64,000 nt of DNA from Eledone cirrhosa (taxonomy: Eukaryota): assembly GCA_964016885.1 (NCBI GenBank), contig OZ024757.1, positions 11,532,001 to 11,596,000 on the forward strand, given 5' to 3'. Position numbers and translations under genes: made by a program. Numbering within the stretch: position 1 is the stretch's first letter; every line of letters starts with the position of its first letter. This document shows positions 13,301 to 26,900 of this stretch, in pieces. The notes under the pieces are model-generated. The model saw nothing but the letters and a program-made list of their open reading frames with translations, ran no database searches and was not told the origin of the DNA.

Positions 13301-14410
13301 AACATGTTATCCATGTGCAACCTGCAGTATTCTTTTCCCCATTTTTTCACATATATTTACCTAAACTGCGATTCTGTTTTCTCTCTCTCTCTCTCTTACT
13401 GCTCCCTCGTTCTCTCTGTTTCTCTTACTTTCTTTCGCCCTCTCTGTCATGTCAGTTAACACTTTCTCTCTACTGACCTCTTCATTACACTTCCAGTCAC
13501 TCACTCACTGTTTCTCCCCTTCTCACTTCACCCGTTCGCGACGAAAACAATTTCCTTCTTTCTTACATTTGGATTCATCTCGATAGGTCTATTTTCTACA
13601 CGCTCATATATTCACCCAGCTTACGCTGACAGAATAACTATGTAGCTTGTGCCTCTTCCTATCTACTGTTAGCTTTCCTCTTTGTTGTTACTTGTCTCAC
13701 TCGCATTACGCGTTTTAATTGTCCTAATAACTTAATTTAGTTATTATTGCACCAACGTGAGGTATATGATTTTTAATGCAATGAAATATCTATGATCGTT
13801 GGCAAACCACTGATGAGGGACTCATTTTATAATATGTTATCCATGTGTAACCTGCAGTATTCTTCTCCCCATTTTTTCACATATATTTACCTAAACTGCG
13901 ATTCTGGTTTTCTCTCTCTCTCTCTCTTACTGCTCCCTCGTTCTCTCCGTTTCTCTTACTTTCTTTCGCCCCCTCTGTCATGTCAGTTAACACTTTCTCT
14001 CCATTGACCTCTTCCTCACACTTCCACTCACTCACTCAATGTTTCTCCCCTTCTCACTTCACCCCATTCGCGACGATAACAATTTCCTTCTTTCTTACAT
14101 TTGGATTCATCTCGAAAGGTCTATTTTCTACGCGCTCATATATTCACCCAGCTTATGCTGACAGAATAACTATGTAGCTTGTGCCTCTTCCTATCTACAG
14201 TTAGCTTTCCTCTTTGTTGTTACTTGTCTCACACGCTTTACGCGTTTTAATTGTCCTAATAACTTAATTTAGTTATTATTGCACCAACGTGAGGTATATG
14301 ATTTTTAATGCAATGAAATATCTATGATCGCTGGCAAATCACTGATGAGGGACTCATTTTATAACATGTTATCCATGTGCAACCTGCAGTATTCTTCTCC
14401 CCATTTTTTC
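13301..14410. repeat. ~530-bp pyrimidine-rich unit in 2.1 tandem copies
   Basis: AA(C/T)ATGTTATCCATGTG recurs at 13301, 13831 and 14363 (periods 530 and 532). The copies are near-identical and the last is ~48 bp. Confidence 0.95.
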
Positions 14411-14562
14411 ATATATATACATATTTATATATATATATACATATATATACATATATACATATATACATATATACATATATATATATACATATATATATAC
14501 ATATATATATATATACATATATATACATATATATATATATATATACATACATATATATATGC

Positions 14563-14611
<49 letters not shown>

Positions 14612-14672
14612 CATATATATATATACATATATACATATATATATATACATATATACATATATACATATATAC

Positions 14673-14707
<35 letters not shown>

Positions 14708-14852
14708 CATATATACTTATACATATATATACATATATATATATACATATATATGTACATATATATATATATATACATATATATACATAGATATACATAT
14801 ATATACATATATATATATATATACATATATTTATATACATATATATATATAC

Positions 14853-14883
<31 letters not shown>

Positions 14884-14920
14884 CATATATATACATATAT
14901 ATACATATATATATATATAT
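14411..14920. repeat. Interrupted (TA)n tract abutting the satellite
   Basis: Seen directly. Confidence 0.97.
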
Positions 14921-17900
14921 TAAGAGTATTGAGTTCAAAACTCAAGCATTCCTTTACAATGAAATAGCTCAAAGAAATAAATATTTCTGAGCCGTATGAT
15001 ACAAGTAAATATAAATTAATATATATGATGAAACACAAATACCAACATATCTGTGTTTATATTGTAAAAGAAATTAAGTTAGTTAGTATGAAATATACTA
15101 ATAATAATATTACAGTTTGCCTGTCACGATTTAAAATAATAAATCAATAAAAACAAACAGTATTGGCAAATGGCCATGGTGTTTAGACAAATTTAAATTT
15201 CAAAATCAAACCTGTTCCGTAGATAAGTTTAAACTTTAAAATCCAAATATGTTTCGAGATGAATAATTGTAAGGATATCATGTCCAGCTCACATCAGTAA
15301 ACACACTGAACAAATTGATATGCTTCACTTCTAAATATTTTAAAAGACTGTTTAACGCACAGAGTTTTCCAGTTTCTAGCCAGCCTCATACTCGTACTGC
15401 TAGAAATAACAGCCGTATATTTGGGGCTACTATCAGCTCAACGTAAGGAGCAATTATATTAAGTGTATTGAGTTCAAAACTCAAGCATTCCTTCACAATG
15501 AAATAGCTCAAAGAAAGAAATTTTTCTGAGCCGTATAATACAAGTAAATATAAGTTAATATATATGATGAAACACAAATACCAACATATCTGTGTTTATA
15601 ATGTAAAAGAAATTAAGTTAGTTAGTATGAAATATACTAATTATAATATTACAGTTTGCCTATCTCGATTTAAGATAATAAATCAATAAAAACAAACAGT
15701 ATTGGCAAATGGCCATGGTGTTTAGACAAATTTAAATTTCAAAATCGAACTTGTTCCGTAGATAAGTTTAAACTTTAAAATCCAAATATGTTTCGAGATG
15801 AATAAGTGTAAGGATATCATGTCCAGCTCACATCAGTAAACACCCTGAACAAATTGATATGCTTCACTTCTTAATATTTTAAAAGACTGTTTAACGCACA
15901 TGGTTTTCCAGTTTCTAGCCAGCCTCATACTCGTACTGCTAGAAATAACAGCCGTATATATGGGGCTACTATCAGCTCAACGTAAGGAGCTATTATATTA
16001 AGTGTATTGAGTTCAAAACTCAAGCATTCCTTTACAATGAAATAGCTCAAAGAAAGAAATATTTCTGAGCCGTATAATACAAGTAAATATAAATTAATAT
16101 ATATGATGAAACACAAATACCAACATATCTGTGTTTATATTGTAAAAGAAATTAAGTTAGTTAGTATGAAATATACTAATTATAATGTTACAGTTTGCTT
16201 ATCTCGATTTAAAATAATAAATCAATTAAAACAAACAGTATTGGCAAATGGCCATGGTGTTTAGACAAATTTAAATTTAAAAATCAAACCTGTTCCATTC
16301 ATAAGTTTAATCTTTAAAATCCAAATATGTTTCGAGATGAATAAGTGTAAGGATATCATGTCCAGCTCACATCAGTAAACACCCTGAACAAATTGATATG
16401 CTTCACTTCTAAATATTTTAAAAGACTGTTTAACGCACATGGTTTTCCAGTTTCTAGCCAGCCTCATACTCGTACTGCTAGAAATAACAGCCGTATATAT
16501 GGGGCTACTATCAGCTCAACATAAGGAGCAATTATATTAAGTGTATTGAGTTCAGAACTCAAGCATTCCTTTACAATGAAAGAGCTCAAAGAAAGAAATT
16601 TTTCTGAGCCGTATAATACAAGTAAATATAAATTAATATATATGATGAAACACAAATACCAACATATCTGTGTTTATATTGTAAAAGAAATTAAGTTAGT
16701 TAGTATGAAACATACTAATTATAATATTACAGTTTGCCTATCTCGATTTAAAATAAAAGATGAATAAAAACACACAGTATTGGCAAATGGCCATGGTGTT
16801 TAGACAAATTTAAATTTCAAAATCAAACCCGTTCCATAGATAAGTTTAAACTCTAAAATCCAAATATGTTTCGAGATGAATAGGTGTAAGTATATCATGT
16901 CCAGCTCACATCAGCAAACACCCTGAACAAATTGATATGCTTCACTTCTAAATATTTTAAAAGACCGTTTAACGCACATATTTTTCCAGTTTCTAGCCAG
17001 CCTCATACTCGTACTGCTAGAAATAACAGCCATATATATGGGGCTTCTATCAGCTCAACGTAAGGAGCAATTATATTAAGTGTATTGAGTTCAAAACTCA
17101 AGCATTCCTTTACAATGAAATAGCTCAAAGAAAGAAATATTTCTGAGCCGAATAATACAAGTAAATATAAATTAATATATATGATGAAACACAAATAGCA
17201 ATATATCGGTGTTTATATCGTAAAAGAAATTTAGTTAGCTAGACTGAAGTATACTAATTATAATATTACAGTTTGCCTATCTCGATTTAAAATAATAAAT
17301 CAATAAAAACAAACAGTATTGGCAAATGGCCATGGTGTTTAGACAAATTTAAATTTCAAAATCAAACCTGTTCCATTCATAAGTTTAATCTTTAAAATCC
17401 AAATATGTTTCGAGATGAATAAGTGTAAGGATATCATGTCCAGCTCACATCAGTAAACACCCTGAACAAATTGATATGCTTCACTTCTTAATATTTTAAA
17501 AGACTGTTTAACGCACATGGTTTTCCAGATTCTAGCCAGCCTCATACTCGTACTGCTAGAAATAACAGCCGTATATATGGGGCTACTATCAGCGCAACGT
17601 AAGGAGCAATTATATTAAGTGTATTGAGTTCAAAACTCAAGCATTCCTTTACAATGAAATAGCTCAAAGAAAGAAGTATTTCCTAGCCGAATAATACAAG
17701 TAAATATAAATTAATATATATGATGAAACACAAATACCAACATATCTGTGTTTATATTGTAAAAGAAATTAAGTTCGTTAGTATGAAATATACTAATTAT
17801 AATATTACAGTTTGCCTATCTCGATTTAAAATAAAAGATGAATAAAAACACACAGTATTGGCAAATGGCCATGGTGTTTAGACAAATTTAAATTTCAAAA

Positions 17901-20900
17901 TCAAACCCGTTCCATAGATAAGTTTAAACTCTAAAATCCAAATATGTTTCGAGATGAATAGGTGTAAGGATATCATGTCCAGCTCACATCAGCAAACACC
18001 CTGAACAAATTGATATGCTTCACTTCTAAATATTTTAAAAGACCGTTTAACGCACATATTTTTCCAGTTTCTAGCCAGCCTCATACTCGTACTGCTAGAA
18101 ATAACAGCCATATATATGGGGCTTCTATCAGCTCAACGTAAGGAGCAATTATATTAAGTGTATTGAGTTCAAAACTCAAGCATTCCTTTACAATGAAATA
18201 GCTCAAAGAAAGAAATATTTCTGAGCCGAATAATACAAGTAAATATAAATAAATATATATGATGAAACAGAAATACCAATATATCGGTGTTTATATCGTA
18301 AAAGAAATTTAGTTAGCTAGACTGAAGTATACTAATTATAATATTACAGTTTGCCTATCTCGATTTAAAATAATAAATCAATAAAAACAAACAGTATTGG
18401 CAAATGGCCATGGTGTTTAGACAAATTTAAATTTCAAAATCGAACCTGTTCCGTAGATAAGTTTAAACTTTAAAATCAAATATGTTTCGAGATGAATAAG
18501 TGTAACGATATCATGTCCAGCTCACATCAGTAAACACCCTGAAGTAATTGATATGCTTCATTTCTAAATATTTTAAAAGACTGTTTCACGCACATGGTTT
18601 TCCAGTTTCTGGCCAGCCTCATACTCGTACTGCTAGAAATAACAGCCGTATATAAGGGACTACTATCAGCTCAACGTAAGGAGCAATTATATTAAGTGTA
18701 TTGAGTTCAAAACACAAGCATTCCTTTACAATGAAATAGCTCAAAGAAAGAAATATTTCTGAGCCGTATAATACAAGTAAATATAAATTAATATATATGA
18801 TGAAACACAAATACCAACATATCTGTGTTTATATTGTAAAAGAAATTAAGTTCGTTAGTATGAAATATACTAATTATAATATTACAGTTTGCCTATCTCG
18901 ATTTAAAATAATAAATGAATAAAAACAAACAGTATTGGCAAATGGCCATGGAGTTTAGACAAATTTAAATTTCAAAATCAAATCCGTTCCGTACATAAGT
19001 TTAAACTTTAAAATCCAAATATGTTTCGAGATGGATAAGTGTAAGGATATCATGTCCAGCTCACATCAGTAAACACCCTGAACAAATTGATATGCTTCCC
19101 TTCTAAATATTTTAAAAGACTGTTTCACGCACATGGTTTTCGAGTTTCTGTCCAGCCTCATACTCGTACTGCTAGAAATAACAGCCGTATATATGGGGCT
19201 ACTATCAGCTCAACGTAAGGAGCAATTATATTAAGTGTATTGAGTTCAAAACTCAAGCATTCCTTTACAATGAAATAGCTCAAAGAAAGAAATATTTCTG
19301 AGCCCTATAATACAAGTAAATATAAATTAATATATATGATGAAACACAAATACCAACATATCTGTGTTTATATTGTAAACGAAATTAAGTTAGCTAGAAT
19401 GAAATATACTAATTATAATATTACAGTTTACCTATCTCGATTTAAAATAATAAATCAATAAAAACAAACAGTATTGGCAAATGGCCATGGTGTTTAGACA
19501 AATTTATATTTCAAAATCGAAACTGTTCCGTAGATAAGTTTAAACTTTAAAATCCAAATGTGTTTCGAGATGAATATGTGTAAGGATATCATGTCCAGCT
19601 CACATCAGTAAACACCCTGAACAAATTGATATGCTTCACTTCTAAATATTTTAAAATACTGTTTAACGCACATGGTTTTCCAGTTTCTAGCCAGCCTCAT
19701 ACTCGTACTGCTAGAAATAACAGCCGTATATATGGGGCTACTATCAGCTCAACGTAAGGAGCAATTATATTAAGTGTATTGAGTTCAAAACTCAAGCATA
19801 CCCTTACAATGAAATAGCTCAAAGAAAGAAATATTTCTGAGCCGTATAATACAAGTAAATATAAATTAATATATATGATGAAACACAAATACCAACATAT
19901 CGGTGTTTATATTGTAAAAGAAATTAAGTTAGTTAGTATGAAATATACTAATTATAATATTACAGTTTGCCTATCTCGATTTAAAATAATAAATCAATAA
20001 AAACAAACATTATTGGCAAATGGCCATGGTGTTTAGACAAATTTAAATTTCAAAATCAAACCCGTTCCGTAAATAAGTTTAAACTTTAAAATCCAAATAT
20101 GTTTCGAGATGAATAAGTGTAAGGATATCATGTCCAGCTCACATCAGCAAACACCCTGAACAAATTGATATGCTTCACTTCTAAATATTTTAAAAGACCG
20201 TTTAACGCACATATTTTTCCAGTTTCTAGCCAGCCTCATACTCGTACTGCTAGAAATAAAAGCCATATATATGGGGCTACTATCAGCTCAACGTAAGGAG
20301 CAATTATATTAAGTGTATTGAGTTCAAAACTCAAGCATTCCTTTACAATGAAATAGCTCAAAGAAAGAAATATTTCTGAGCCGAATAATACAAGTAAATA
20401 TAAATTAATATATATGATGAAACACAAATACCAACATATCTGTGTTTATATTTTAAAAGAAATTTAGTTAGCTAGACTGAAGTATACTAATTATAATATT
20501 ACAGTTTGCCTATCTCGATTTAAAGTAATAAATCAATAAAAACAAAAAGTATTGGCAAATGGCCATGGAGTTTAGACAAATTTAAATTTCAAAATCAAAT
20601 CCGTTCCGTACATAAGTTTAAACTTTAAAATCCAAATATGTTTCGAGATGAATAAGTGTAAGGATATCATGTCCAGCTCACATCAGTAAACACCCTGAAC
20701 AAATTGATATGCTTCCCTTCTAAATATTTTAAAAGACTGTTTCACGCACATGGTTTTCGAGTTTCTGGCCAGCCTCATACTCGTACTGATAGAAATAACA
20801 GCCGTATATATGGGGCTACTATCAGCTAAACGTAAGGAGCAATTATATTAAGTGTATTGAGTTCAAAACTCAAGCATTCCTTTACAATGAAATAGCTCAA

Positions 20901-23900
20901 AGAAAGAAATATTTCTGAGCCGAATAATACAAGTAAATATAAATTAATATATATGATGAAACACTAATACCAACATATCTGTGTTTATATTTTAAAAGAA
21001 ATTTAGTTAGCTAGACTGAAGTATACTAATTATAATATTACAGTTTGCCTATCTCGATTTAAAGTAATAAATCAATAAAAACAAACAGTATTGGCAAATG
21101 GCCATGGAGTTTAGACAAATTTAAATTTCAAAATCAAATCCGTTCCGTACATAAGTTTAAACTTTAAAATCCAAATATGTTTCGAGATGAATAAGTGTAA
21201 GGATATCATGTCCAGCTCACATCAGTAAACACCCTAAACAAATTGATATGCTTCCCTTCTAAATATTTTAAAAGACTGTTTCACGCACATGGTTGTCGAG
21301 TTTCTGGCCAGCCTCATACTCGTACTGCTAGAAATAACAGCCGTATATATGGGGCTACTATCAACTCAACGTAAGGAGCAATTATATTAAGTGTATTGAG
21401 TTCAAAACTCAAGCATTCCTTTACAATGAAATAGCTCAAAGAAAGAAATATTTCTGAGCCCTATAATACAAGTAAATATAAATTAATATATATGATGAAA
21501 CACAAATACCAACATATCTGTGTTTATATTGTAAACGAAATTAAGTTAGCTAGAATGAAATATACTAATTATAATATTACAGTTTACCTATCTCGATTTA
21601 AAATAATAAATCAATAAAAACAAACAGTATTGGCAAATGGCCATGGTGTTTAGACAAATTTATATTTCAAAATCGAACCTGTTCTGTAGATAAGTTTAAA
21701 CTTTAAAATCCAAATGTGTTTCGAGATGAATATGTGTAAGGATATCATGTCCAGCTCACATCAGTAAACACCCTGAACAAATTGATATGCTTCACTTCTA
21801 AATATTTTAAAAGACTGTTTAACGCACATGGTTTTCCAGTTTCTAGCCAGCCTCATACTCGTACTGCTAGAAATAACAGCCGTATATATGGGGCTACTAT
21901 CAGCTCAACGTAAGGAGCAATTATATTAAGTGTATTGAGTTCAAAACTCAAGCATACCCTGACAATGAAATAGCTCAAAGAAAGAAATATTTCTGAGCCG
22001 TATAATACAAGTAAATATAAATTAATATATATGATGAAACACAAATACCAACATATCGGTGTTTATATTGTAAAAGAAATTAAGTTAGTTAGTATGAAAT
22101 ATACTAATTATAATATTACAGTTTGCCTATCTCGATTTAAAATAATAAATCAATAAAAACAAACATTATTGGCAAATGGCCATGGTGTTTAGACAAATTT
22201 AAATTTAAAAATCAAACCCGTTCCGTAAATAAGTTTAAACTTTAAAATCCAAATATGTTTCGAGATGAATAAGTGTAAGGATATCATGTCCAGCTCACAT
22301 CAGCAAACACCCTGAACAAATTGATATGCTTCACTTCTAAATATTTTAAAAGACCGTTTAACGCACATATTTTTCCAGTTTCTAGCCAGCCTCATACTCG
22401 TACTGCTAGAAATAAAAGCCATATATATGGGGCTACTATCAGCTCAACGTAAGGAGCAATTATATTAAGTGTATTGAGTTCAAAACTCAAGCATTCCTTT
22501 ACAATGAAATAGCTCAAAGAAAGAAATATTTCTGAGCCGAATAATACAAGTAAATATAAATTAATATATATGATGAAACACAAATACCAACATATCTGTG
22601 TTTATATTTTAAAAGAAATTTAGTTAGCTAGACTGAAGTATACTAATTATAATATTACAGTTTGCCTATCTCGATTTAAAGTAATAAATCAATAAAAACA
22701 AAAAGTATTGGCAAATGGCCATGGAGTTTAGACAAATTTAAATTTCAAAATCAAATCCGTTCCGTACATAATTTTAAACTTTAAAATCCAAATATGTTTC
22801 GAGATGAATAAGTGTAAGGATATCATGTCCAGCTCACATCAGTAAACACCCTGAACAAATTGATATGCTTCCCTTCTAAATATTTTAAAAGACTGTTTCA
22901 CGCACATGGTTTTCGAGTTTCTGGCCAGCCTCATACTCGTACTGATAGAAATAACAGCCGTATATATGGGGCTACTATCAGCTCAACGTAAGGACCAATT
23001 ATATTAAGTGTATTGAGTCCAAAACTCAAGCATTCCTTTACAATGAAATAGTTCAAAGAAAGAAATATTTCTGAGCCGTATAATACAAGTAAATATAAAT
23101 TAATATATATGATGAAACACAAATACCAACATATCTGTGTTTATATTGTAAAAGAAATTTAGTTAGCTAGAATGAAGTATACTAATTATAATATTACAGT
23201 TTGCCTATCTCGATTTAAAATACAAATCAATAAAAACAAACAGTATTGGCAAATGGCCATGGAGTTTAGACAAATTTAAATTTCAAAATCAAATCCGTTC
23301 CGTACATAAGTTTAAACTTTAAAATCCAAATATGTTTCGAGATGGATAAGTGTAAGGATATCATGTCCAGCTCACATCAGTAAACACCCTGAACAAATTG
23401 ATATGCTTCCCTTCTAAATATTTTAAAAGACTGTTTCACGCACATGGTTTTCGAGTTTCTGGCCAGCCTCATACTCGTACTGCTAGAAATAACAGCCGTA
23501 TATATGGGGCTACTATCAGCTCAACGTAAGGAGCAATTATATTAAGTGTATTGAGTTCAAAACTCAAGCATTCCTTTACAATGAAATAGCTCAAAGAAAG
23601 AAATATTTCTGAGCCCTATAATACAAGTAAATATAAATTAATATATATGATGAAACACAAATACCAACATATCTGTGTTTATAGTGTAAACGAAATTAAG
23701 TTAGCTAGAATGAAATATACTAATTATAATATTACAGTTTACCTATCTCGATTTCAAATAATAAATCAATAAAAACAAACAGTATTGGCAAATGGCCATG
23801 GTGTTTAGACAAATTTATATTTCAAAATCGAACCTGTTCCGTAGATAAGTTTAAACTTTAAAATCCAAATGTGTTTCGAGATGAATATGTGTAAGGATAT

Positions 23901-26900
23901 CATGTCCAGCTCACATCAGTAAACACCCTGAACAAATTGATATGCTTCACTTCTAAATATTTTAAAAGACTGTTTAACGCACATGGTTTTCCAGTTTCTA
24001 GCCAGCCTCATACTCGTACTGCTAGAAATAACAGCCGTATATATGGGGCTACTATCAGCTCAACGTAAGGAGCAATTATATTAAGTGTATTGAGTTCAAA
24101 ACTCAAGCATACCCTTACAATGAAATAGCTCAAAGAAAGAAATATTTCTGAGCCGTATAATACAAGTAAATATAAATTAATATATATGATGAAACACAAA
24201 TACCAACTTATCGGTGTTTATATTGTAAAAGAAATTAAGTTAGTTAGTATGAAATATACTAATTATAATATTACAGTTTGCCTATCTCGATTTAAAATAA
24301 TAAATCAATAAAAACAAACATTATTGACAAATGGCCATGGTGTTTAGACAAATTTAAATTTAAAAATCAAACCCGTTCCGTAAATAAGTTTAAACTTTAA
24401 AATCCAAATATGTTTCGAGATGAATAAGTGTAAGGATATCTTGTCCAGCTCACATCAGTAAACACCCTGAACAAATTGATATGCTTCACTTCTAAATATT
24501 TTAAAAGACTGTTTAACGCACATGGTTTTCCAGTTTCTAGCCAGCCTCATACTCGTACTGCTAGAAATAACAGCCGTATATATGGGGCTACTATCAGCTC
24601 AACGTAAGGAGCAATTATATTAAGTGTATTGAGTTCAAAACTCAAGCATACCCTTACAATGAAATAGCTCAAAGAAAGAAATATTTCTGAGCCGTATAAT
24701 ACAAGTAAATATAAATTAATATATATGATGAAACACAAATACCAAAATATCGGTGTTTATATTGTAAAAGATATTAAGTTAGTTAGTATGAAATATACTA
24801 ATTATAATATTACAGTTTGCCTATCTCGATTTAAAATAATAAATCAATAAAAACAAACATTATTGGCAAATGGCCATGGTGTTTAGACAAATTTAAATTT
24901 CAAAATCAAACCCGTTCCGTAAATAAGTTTAAACTTTAAAATCCAAATATGTTTCGAGATGAATAAGTGTAAGGATATCATGTCCAGCTCACATCAGCAA
25001 ACACCCTGAACAAATTGATATGCTTCACTTCTAAATATTTTAAAAGACCGTTTAACGCACATATTTTTCCAGTTTCTAGCCAGCCTCATACTCGTACTGC
25101 TAGAAATAAAAGCCATATATATGGGGCTACTATCAGCTCAACGTAAGGAGCAATTATATTAAGTGTATTGAGTTCAAAACTCAAGCATTCCTTTACAATG
25201 AAATAGCTCAAAGAAAGAAATATTTCTGAGCCGAATAATACAAGTAAATATAAATTAATATATATGATGAAACACTAATACCAACATATCTGTGTTTATA
25301 TTTTAAAAGAAATTTAGTTAGCTAGACTGAAGTATACTAATTATAATATTACAGTTTGCCTATCTCGATTTAAAGTAATAAATCAATGAAAACAAACAGT
25401 ATTGGCAAATGGCCATGGAGTTTAGACAAATTTAAATTTCAAAATCAAATCCGTTCCGTACATAAGTTTAAACTTTAAAATCCAAATATGTTTCGAGATG
25501 AATAAGTGTAAGGATATCATGTCCAGCTCACATCAGTAAACACCCTGAACAAATTGATATGCTTCACTTCTAAATATTTTAAAAGACTGTTTAACGCACA
25601 TAGTTTTTTAATTTCTAGCCAGCCTCATACTCGTACTGATAGAAATAACAGCCGTATATATGGGGCTACTATCAGCTCAACGTAAGGAGCAATTATATTA
25701 AGTGTATTGAGTTCAAAACTCAAGCATTCCTTTACAATGAAATAGCTCAAAGAAAGAAATATTTCTGAGCCGAATAATACAAGTAAATATAAATTAATAT
25801 ATATGATGAAACACTAATACCAACATATCTGTGTTTATATTTTAAAAGAAATTTAGTTAGCTAGACTGAAGTATACTAATTATAATATTACAGTTTGCCT
25901 ATCTCGATTTCAAATAATAAATCAATAAAAACAAACAGTATTGGCAAATGGCCATGGTGTTTAGACAAATTTATATTTCAAAATCGAACCTGTTCCGTAG
26001 ATAAGTTTAAACTTTAAAATCCAAATGTGTTTCGAGATGAATAAGTGTAAGGATATCATGTCCAGCTCACATCAGTAAACACCCTGAACAAATTGATATG
26101 CTTCACTTCTAAATATTTTAAAAGTCTGTTTAACGCACATGGTTTTCTATTTCTAGCCAGCCTCATACTCGTACTGCTAGAAATAACAGCCGTATATATG
26201 GGGCTACTATCAACTCAACGTAAGGAGCAATTATATTAAGTGTATTGAGTTCAAAACTCAAGCATACCCTTACAATGAAATAGGTCAAAGAAAGAAATAT
26301 TTCTGAGCCGTATAATACAAGTAAATATAAATTAATATATATGATGAAACACAAATACCAAAATATCGGTGTTTATATTGTAAAAGATATTAAGTTAGTT
26401 AGTATGAAATATACTAATTATAATATTACAGTTTGCCTATCTCGATTTAAAATAATAAATCAATAAAAACAAACATTATTGGCAAATGGCCATGGTGTTT
26501 AGACAAATTTAAATTTCAAAATCAAACCCGTTCCGTAAATACGTTTAAACTTTAAAATCCAAATATGTTTCGAGATGAATAAGTGTAAGGATATCATGTC
26601 CAGCTCACATCAGTAAACACCCTGAACAAATTGATATGCTTCACTTCTAAATATTTTAAAAGACTGTTTAACGCACATAGTTTTTTAATTTCTAGCCAGC
26701 CTCATACTCGTACTGCTAGAAATAACAGCCATATATATGGGGCTACTATCAGCTCAACGTAATGAGCAATTATATTAAGTGTATTGAGTTCAAAACTCAA
26801 GCATTCCTTTACAATGAAATAGCTCAAAGAAAGAAGTACTTCTGAGCCGAATAATACAAGTAAATATAAATTAATATATATGATGAAACACAAATACCAA

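Noticed and set aside
13301-15460. Homology between the 530-bp unit and the 539-bp satellite
   Set aside because: The lengths are similar, but I see no alignable sequence on either strand beyond short words such as TGGCAAA.
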